Assembly (NCBI GenBank): GCA_027925325.1
Contig: AP027133.1
Coordinates: forward strand, 90,001-122,000
Source of the DNA: Candidatus Saccharimonadota bacterium
Lineage (GTDB): Bacteria; Bacillota_I; Bacilli_A; Mycoplasmatales; Hepatoplasmataceae
DNA length: 32,000 bases
Reading direction: 5' to 3'
The notes below the pieces were generated by a model. The model was given only the letters and a program-made list of their open reading frames with translations. It did no database searches and was not told the origin of the DNA. Shown in pieces: positions 25,995 to 32,000 of this stretch; the stretch's first letter is position 1; every line of letters starts with the position of its first letter. Position numbers and translations under genes: made by a program.

Positions 25995-26495
25995 ATGTTA
26001 AAAATAATCGTTGCACATGATAGTGCGTTTTTAATCGGAAACAAAAATAAATTACCTTGAAAAATTGAAGAGGATACAAAGCATTTCCGTAAAGAAATCT
26101 TTGAGCAAGAAATTTTGATGGGGCGAATTACATATGAAAGCATTAAGGATTTTAAAGATAGTTTTAATGTTAAAAAAATAATTGTGATGACCAAAAATTT
26201 AGATTATGATTCAAAAGATCAAAATGTTTTGGTTTTTCATAAGGTTATCGATGTCTTAAAATATGCTCAAGATAAAGACATTTACATCTGTGGTGGAAGT
26301 AAAATTTATCAATTATTTTTACCATATGTAAAGGAAATGATTATTACAGAAATTAAAGGAAGATATGAAGGTGATAGTTATTTTCCGCTTTATAATAATA
26401 AGGAATTTAAATTAATAAAAACAGAAAAATTATCAGATAGAGCTTCTGTAAAATATTTAGTACGTATCGATAAAAAAGATTCTTTATTTACATAA
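25995..26495 (+). CDS. folA: Dihydrofolate reductase
   Basis: MLKIIVAHDSAFLIGNKNKLPW(TGA)KIEEDTKHFR...MGRITYESI...ICGGSKIY, the typical DHFR pattern, immediately after thyA. Confidence 0.8.
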
Positions 26496-26543
26496 GAGAA
26501 ATTTTTAACCTTTCTTTTTTTATTAAAATTTATAATTAATGAT

Positions 26544-27623
26544 ATGGAAAAACAAATTATTGAAAAATTAGAAAAAATAAAGGCAAAGTATTTAGAAATA
26601 GAAAAAACTTTTTTTGAAAAAATTAAAGATAATGATTTTAATGAGATAAAAAAACTTACAACCGAGCAAAAAAAATATCAATTGACTTATGATCTTTACA
26701 AAAAATATCTTAATCTGGTCGATGAAATAAGAGACTCAGAAAATATTTTGCAAACCGAGAGTGATAAAAAATTATCAGAACAGTTAAAAAAACTAATTAA
26801 TTCTAATAAAAAAGAAATCTTAAATCTAGAAGAAAAACTTTTAGATTCTTTAATTGAAAAAGATCCAATTGATGATTATAATGCTTTTATCGAGATAAAA
26901 GGGGCGGCAGGTGGATTAGAGGCCAACATCTTCGCAAATGATCTTTTAAATATGTATTTAAAATACGCACAAAGATTGAATTTTAAGACAAAAATTATCG
27001 ATTTGCAAGAATCGGAAAAAAAAGGTATTTCTTATGTCAATTTTAAAATAAGTGGTGAAGGTGCTTATGGGAAATTTAAATACGAAGCAGGTGTTCATCG
27101 TGTTCAAAGAATTCCGGAAACAGAAAGTAATGGAAGAGTTCATACCTCAACTGCAACCGTTTCTGTAATTCCAGAATTAGATGATTTAGAATTGAAAATT
27201 AATAAAAGTGATTTAAGAATTGATACATATAGATCATCAGGAGCCGGTGGTCAACATGTAAATAAGACTGATTCTGCGGTAAGAATTTTACATATTCCAA
27301 CAGGAATTGTTGTTTCTTCACAAAACGGAAGAAGTCAACATGATAATAAAGATCGTGCGATGCAAACTTTGCGAAATAAGATTTATCAACAAAAAATAGC
27401 ACAAGAGCAAGAAGATTTAAATAAAGTTAAAAAAGAGGCTGTTGGAACAGGTGATAGATCAGAAAAAATCAGAACTTATAACTATCAGCAAAATCGTGTT
27501 ACCGATCATCGAGCAAATATCACTTTAAAGAAATTAGATTTAATTATCAATGGTGATCTAGATGAACTTTTAAATTTATTGCATTCTAGTTTGCAAAAGA
27601 AAAATAATAATAATGATTTTTAA
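26544..27623 (+). CDS. prfA: Peptide chain release factor 1
   Basis: GGQ motif SGAGGQHVNKTDSAVR and a PxT-type recognition region RIPETESNGRVHTS. 359 aa. Confidence 0.95.
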   Translation: MEKQIIEKLEKIKAKYLEIEKTFFEKIKDNDFNEIKKLTTEQKKYQLTYDLYKKYLNLVDEIRDSENILQTESDKKLSEQLKKLINSNKKEILNLEEKLLDSLIEKDPIDDYNAFIEIKGAAGGLEANIFANDLLNMYLKYAQRLNFKTKIIDLQESEKKGISYVNFKISGEGAYGKFKYEAGVHRVQRIPETESNGRVHTSTATVSVIPELDDLELKINKSDLRIDTYRSSGAGGQHVNKTDSAVRILHIPTGIVVSSQNGRSQHDNKDRAMQTLRNKIYQQKIAQEQEDLNKVKKEAVGTGDRSEKIRTYNYQQNRVTDHRANITLKKLDLIINGDLDELLNLLHSSLQKKNNNNDF

Positions 27624-28455
27624 TAAAAAAAAGTATTCATGAAATGATTTAGTTCTCAATAAAGATTTAAGTTATCAAAATAAACTTAATCTTTTACTTA
27701 TTACTTATTTTGAAAAAGATCATTTTTTTTATTTTGATAAAAAAGAGCAAAAATTATTTTCAATCATTGATTATTTAATAATTAAACAAAAATTACAAAA
27801 ATTAAATAAGCAACGAGATCTAAATTTAATTTGTCATAAAAAGAATTTCTATAATTTAAGTTTAAAGATAAAAAAAGGAGTTTTCATCCCGCAATATGAT
27901 ACGGAAGGATTAATCGATCTTGTCCTTGAAAATGAAGATAATAAAAAAGGACTTGAAATCGGAGTTGGAACAGGAGCGATAACTCTTGCGATTATTAAAA
28001 ATAGTAATAATATAATGGATGGAATAGATATAAGTAAAAAAGCGATCAAATTAACAAAATTAAATCAAAACAAAAATAATTTAACAAAAGCAAGAATAAA
28101 TTTTTTTAAAAAAGACTTATTCAAATTAAAAATTAATCAAAAATATGACTTTATCGTTGCAAATCCTCCCTATGTTGCTTTTAATGATCTTTTTCTTACA
28201 ACAGAAGTTAAAAAAATTCAACCAAAGAAAGCCTTATTTGCAGCAGAAAATGGATTTTTATTTTATAAATATTTGATCAAAAATTTTGATAAATTTTTAA
28301 ATGAAGATGGAACTTTTTATTTTGAAATAGGAATTAAACAAGAGTTATATTTAAAAAAATATCTCCTGCAATTTAAAAATCTAACTTTTTATTTTGCAAA
28401 AGATTTAAATAATATCGTTCGCTTTCTTATAATTAAAAAAAGCAAGGAAAAATAA
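27613..28455 (+). CDS. prmC: Release-factor glutamine N5-methyltransferase PrmC (HemK)
   Basis: SAM motif LEIGVGTGAI and catalytic NPPY (FIVANPPYV). ATG at 27613 overlaps the prfA end by 11 nt. In frame with track ORF 28015..28455. Confidence 0.8.
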
Positions 28456-29007
28456 ATGGATCTTTTTAAAATTAACAAACTTATAAATGATTTAAATCAA
28501 AATAAAATTGTTTCGATGCCAACGGAAACGGTATATGGTCTTTTTGCAAAAATTTCCCGTTTAAATTTAAGAAATCTTAATAAGATCAAAAAAAGAGAAG
28601 CGACAAAACCACTTCAAATTTTCTTTTTTGATTTTAAACAGATTGAAAAATTTACAGAATTATCAAAATTTCAAAGACAAATATTAATACAAGAATTACC
28701 TGGTGATAAATCTTTTATCGTTCCAAGTTCGCCTTATTTTAAAAAAATAATCAAAGAAAATACGATTCTTGTTCGTTTTCCGATTTGAGAACAAAAAGAA
28801 TTAAAATTAACAAAAAAAGTTTTTGCAAAAATTGATAAACCATTATTAGCAACCTCTGCTAATCTTAGTAAAGAAAAAGAGATAAATGATGGAAAAGAGA
28901 TTCAAAAAAAATTTCAAATCAATGGTTTTAATAAAAAAATCAAACCTAAAAAAGCTTCTACAATCATCTCTTTGTTAAATAATGAGATTGAGATTATTAG
29001 AAAATAA
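28456..29007 (+). CDS. tsaC: L-threonylcarbamoyladenylate synthase, YrdC/Sua5 family (YwlC-like, short form)
   Basis: PTETVYGL and ATSANLS motifs. Position after prfA-prmC matches Bacillus. Joined across TGA at 28786-28788. Confidence 0.75.
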
Positions 29008-29044
29008 TTATTAAAAGATTTAAAATAAAAAAGAAGGTAATGAT

Positions 29045-30199
29045 ATGAGAGATCGAGAAATTGAAAAATTAATTTTATTAGAAAAGAAAAGACAAGATAA
29101 AGAAATTGAACTAATTGCATCAGAAAATTTTGTCTCAAATGATATATTAGAAGCAACGGGATCAATTCTTACAAATAAATATGCAGAAGGATATCCGAAC
29201 GCAAGATATTATGAGGGTTGTGAAAATGTCGACAAGATTGAAACACTTGCGATCGAGAGACTTAAAAAATTATTTAATGCAAAATATGCAAATGTGCAAC
29301 CACATTCAGGAACACAGGCAAATCTTGCCGCTTATAATGCTTTATTAAAACCAGGAGCAAAAATCTTAGGATTATCACTTAGTTCCGGTGGTCATTTAAG
29401 CCACGGCTTTAAAATCACAATCAGTGGAACTTTTTATAAATCTTATACTTATGAAGTTGATCCAAAAACAAATCTTTTAGATTATGATAATATCTTGCAA
29501 ATTGCTAAAAAAGTAAAACCTGATCTGATAATTTGTGGATATTCAGCTTATCCAAGAATTATTGATTTTAAAAAATTTAGAGCGATAGCCGATACTGTCG
29601 GCGCTTATCTGCTTGCAGATATCGCCCATATCGCTGGACTTGTTGCTGCTAAATTACATCCTAATCCGCTTGATTTTGGTGTTGATATTGTCACTTCTAC
29701 AACTCATAAAACTTTAAGAGGACCAAGAGGAGGAATTATTCTTACAAATAAGGAAGAGATATTTAAAAAAATTAATAGTTCTGTTTTCCCAGCTAGTCAA
29801 GGAGGCCCTTTAATGCATGTGATCGCTGCAAAAGCAGTTGCTTTTTATGAAGCCTTAGATAAATCTTTTATTTCCTATCAAAAACAGGTTATTGAAAACG
29901 CAAAGGTTTTAGCGAATAGACTTATTGAGCATAATGTAAAAATCACAACAAATGGAACCGATAATCATCTATTATTAGTTGATGTAAAAAAAAGTTTTAA
30001 TCTAACCGGAGCTGAAGCAGAAAAAATTTTAAAAAAACATCATATTACAGTTAATAAAAATGCGATCCCTTTTGATAAATTAAGTCCTAAAATTGCTTCT
30101 GGAATTAGATTAGGAACGGCAGCGATGACAACAAAAGGATGAAAGGAAGCTGATTTTATTAAATTAGCTGATAAGATCTATCAATTATTACAAAAATAA
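29045..30199 (+). CDS. glyA: Serine hydroxymethyltransferase
   Basis: [29 protein letters not shown] (PLP-lysine motif). Extended 19 codons past TGA at 30140-30142. Confidence 0.95.
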
Positions 30200-30211
30200 G
30201 AGGAATCTAAT

Positions 30212-30838
30212 ATGAAGATAAAAATTATTAATCATTCTTTAATTCAACATAAATTAACATTATTACGGAATAAAAATACAAATGCAAAAGATTTTCGTGA
30301 ATATCTTAATGAAATCTCAAGATTATTAGCATTTGAGGTATTACGTGATATTAAATTAAAACAGATTGAGATTGAGACACCGATTCAAAAGACAAAGGCA
30401 AAAGTTTTAAATGAAAAAATCAATTTATTCCCCATCTTAAGAGCGGGACAAGGAATGGTAGAGGGATTTTTAGGAGTCGTTCCAAATGCCAAAATCGGTC
30501 ATATCGGTCTTTATCGTGATGAAAAAACATTTAAAGCGAAAAAATATCTTTTTAAATTTCCAAAAGATGCAAAAGAAGAAAGTTTAAATATTATTTTAGA
30601 TCCGATGATTGCAACAGGCGGAAGTGCAATTGAGGCGATTAAATTTTTAAAAAAAGAAAACATCAAAAATATTAAATTCGTCTCAATTGTTACCGTCGAG
30701 GAAGCAATTAATAAAATAAATCAAAAATTTCCCGATGTCGAACTTATTACCTGTGCTGTCGATCAAAAACTTAATCAAAAAGGATATATTATCCCTGGTC
30801 TTGGTGATGCTGGTGATCGAATTTACGGGACTAAATAA
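30212..30838 (+). CDS. upp: Uracil phosphoribosyltransferase
   Basis: The PRPP-binding stretch ILDPMIATGGSA and C-terminal YIIPGLGDAGDRIYGTK are diagnostic of Upp. Confidence 0.9.
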   Translation: MKIKIINHSLIQHKLTLLRNKNTNAKDFREYLNEISRLLAFEVLRDIKLKQIEIETPIQKTKAKVLNEKINLFPILRAGQGMVEGFLGVVPNAKIGHIGLYRDEKTFKAKKYLFKFPKDAKEESLNIILDPMIATGGSAIEAIKFLKKENIKNIKFVSIVTVEEAINKINQKFPDVELITCAVDQKLNQKGYIIPGLGDAGDRIYGTK

Positions 30839-30846
30839 TTTAATAA

Positions 30847-31971
30847 TTAATAGTTAAAAAATCTAATTGCTTTATTTTGATCTTTTATATCATATTTATC
30901 AGAAAAATCTTTAATTATGATCTCTTGAATTTTATTTCTTGTTAATTTACTTCTTGGATGTCTTTTTACTTGTTGATCATCCAATTCTTTAATTGATAGA
31001 ATATTTTCTATTTTTTTTGTTAATTCAATTTCACTCATGTTATAATTTATTATTTTATTTTTCAAATATAAATTAAATATTACATAAAAATATAATGGCG
31101 ATTCCATTCTTTTATTATCTAAGTTTTTCAATGCAATATTATATGAATTTATTAATATATTTAATTTTTGAATAAATTCATTTCTTAATTTTAAATTATT
31201 TAATTTATTAAAATTAATAGTTTCATCTGAAAATCTTTTATAATAATTTCTTAGATTAGTGGCTGAGCCATCTTCCATTTTAAATTCTTTGCTTTCGAAC
31301 ATCATTATTAAATATGTCAAAAATTCTAAGACACCCATTCTCTTTTCTTGATTTAAACTAAATAATTTGTGTTTTTCCCCATACATTTTTTTGTAAAATA
31401 TTTCATTTTGAGTACTTCTTAAAAATTTACATAATTCACTTGGATAAATTGACATTCTTACTTCTTGTGCATTTAAATTAATTCCACCTGTGTTTAATCT
31501 TTCGAAAATATTATATAAATTTTGATCTTCTTCAACATTATTATCATTTTTATATAAATAACAAACACTAATTCTTAATTCTTTAAATTCATTTTGTTCT
31601 TTTTGGTCTAATTCATTAAATTTTAATCCCTCATATTTATTAACAGCAGGAATTTTTCCTGAATTTTTAAAATCTATTTTTCCATTAATATAATTTAAAA
31701 TTGTTGTCAATCTTTGTCTTCCATCTAAAACTTTTAATTCTTTAAATCTTAAATCTTTTTCTCCGTCTTTAAATTCTTTTTCAAATCAATGATTTGAAAA
31801 AATGACAACAGAAGGCATTGGAAGATTTTCTCATAATGTGGATATTAAAAGATCCTGCTTTTTCGTATTTCAAATAAAATTTCTTTGAATTTCATGTTCG
31901 AAAAAATCTGAATATAACTTGCTAAATTTTTCGATATCCTTTATTTTAACATTTCTATAAATATATTTCAT
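30847..31971 (-). CDS. DUF262 (ParB/Srx-fold, GmrSD N-terminal-like) domain protein without an obvious DUF1524/HNH nuclease domain, 374 aa
   Basis: The hand-extended N-terminus gives ...HEIQRNFIW(TGA)NTKKQDLLISTLW...VLDGRQRLTTILNYI...FERLNTGGINLNAQE, matching the DUF262 motifs (QRxxxW, DGQQRLT, lN.gG..L). It has three TGA-Trp codons in the N-terminal part. Its stop lies 8 nt from the upp stop (convergent). Confidence 0.7.
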
Positions 31972-32000
31972 TTTTGCTAATTTTAAATTCCCCTTAGTTT

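Overview
This window is a very AT-rich chromosomal segment from a Mollicutes-type bacterium (Mycoplasmatota; genus not determinable here). TGA must be read as Trp (translation table 4). Almost every housekeeping gene looks fragmented in the standard-code ORF track but is one continuous frame once TGA is read through, and several TGAs fall on universally conserved Trp positions. Re-joining the fragments gives about 35 CDS, one complete 16S-23S-5S rRNA operon (about 10062-14967, no spacer tRNA) and a type-B RNase P RNA (about 5806-6153). The backbone follows the Firmicutes gene order:
- cmk-der-gpsA-hup
- dnaD-like/recU
- pgsA-cinA-recA-ymdB
- rrn
- gatCAB-mnmA
- a pyrimidine deoxynucleotide cluster (cdd, dimeric-type dUTPase, tdk, thyA, folA)
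- prfA-prmC-tsaC-glyA-upp

Many genes are translationally coupled through TAATG or short overlaps. Two places look accessory.

1. An islet lies between the rrn terminator and gatC (15051-17134). It holds a Panacea/DUF4065 (PanA/SocA-type antitoxin-like) gene that overlaps a downstream gene of unrecognisable family, a candidate toxin-antitoxin or defence pair. A divergent Tyr-rich membrane-anchored protein sits beside them.
2. A DUF262-only (GmrSD N-terminal-like) gene converges on upp at the window edge (30847-31971).

Other oddities are an in-frame two-TM extension in front of mnmA with a strong internal Shine-Dalgarno site, and a polytopic-membrane plus soluble-domain ORF that is continuous only under table 4. 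No CRISPR array, transposase or tRNA gene was seen. All family assignments come from motif recognition by eye; no searches were run.
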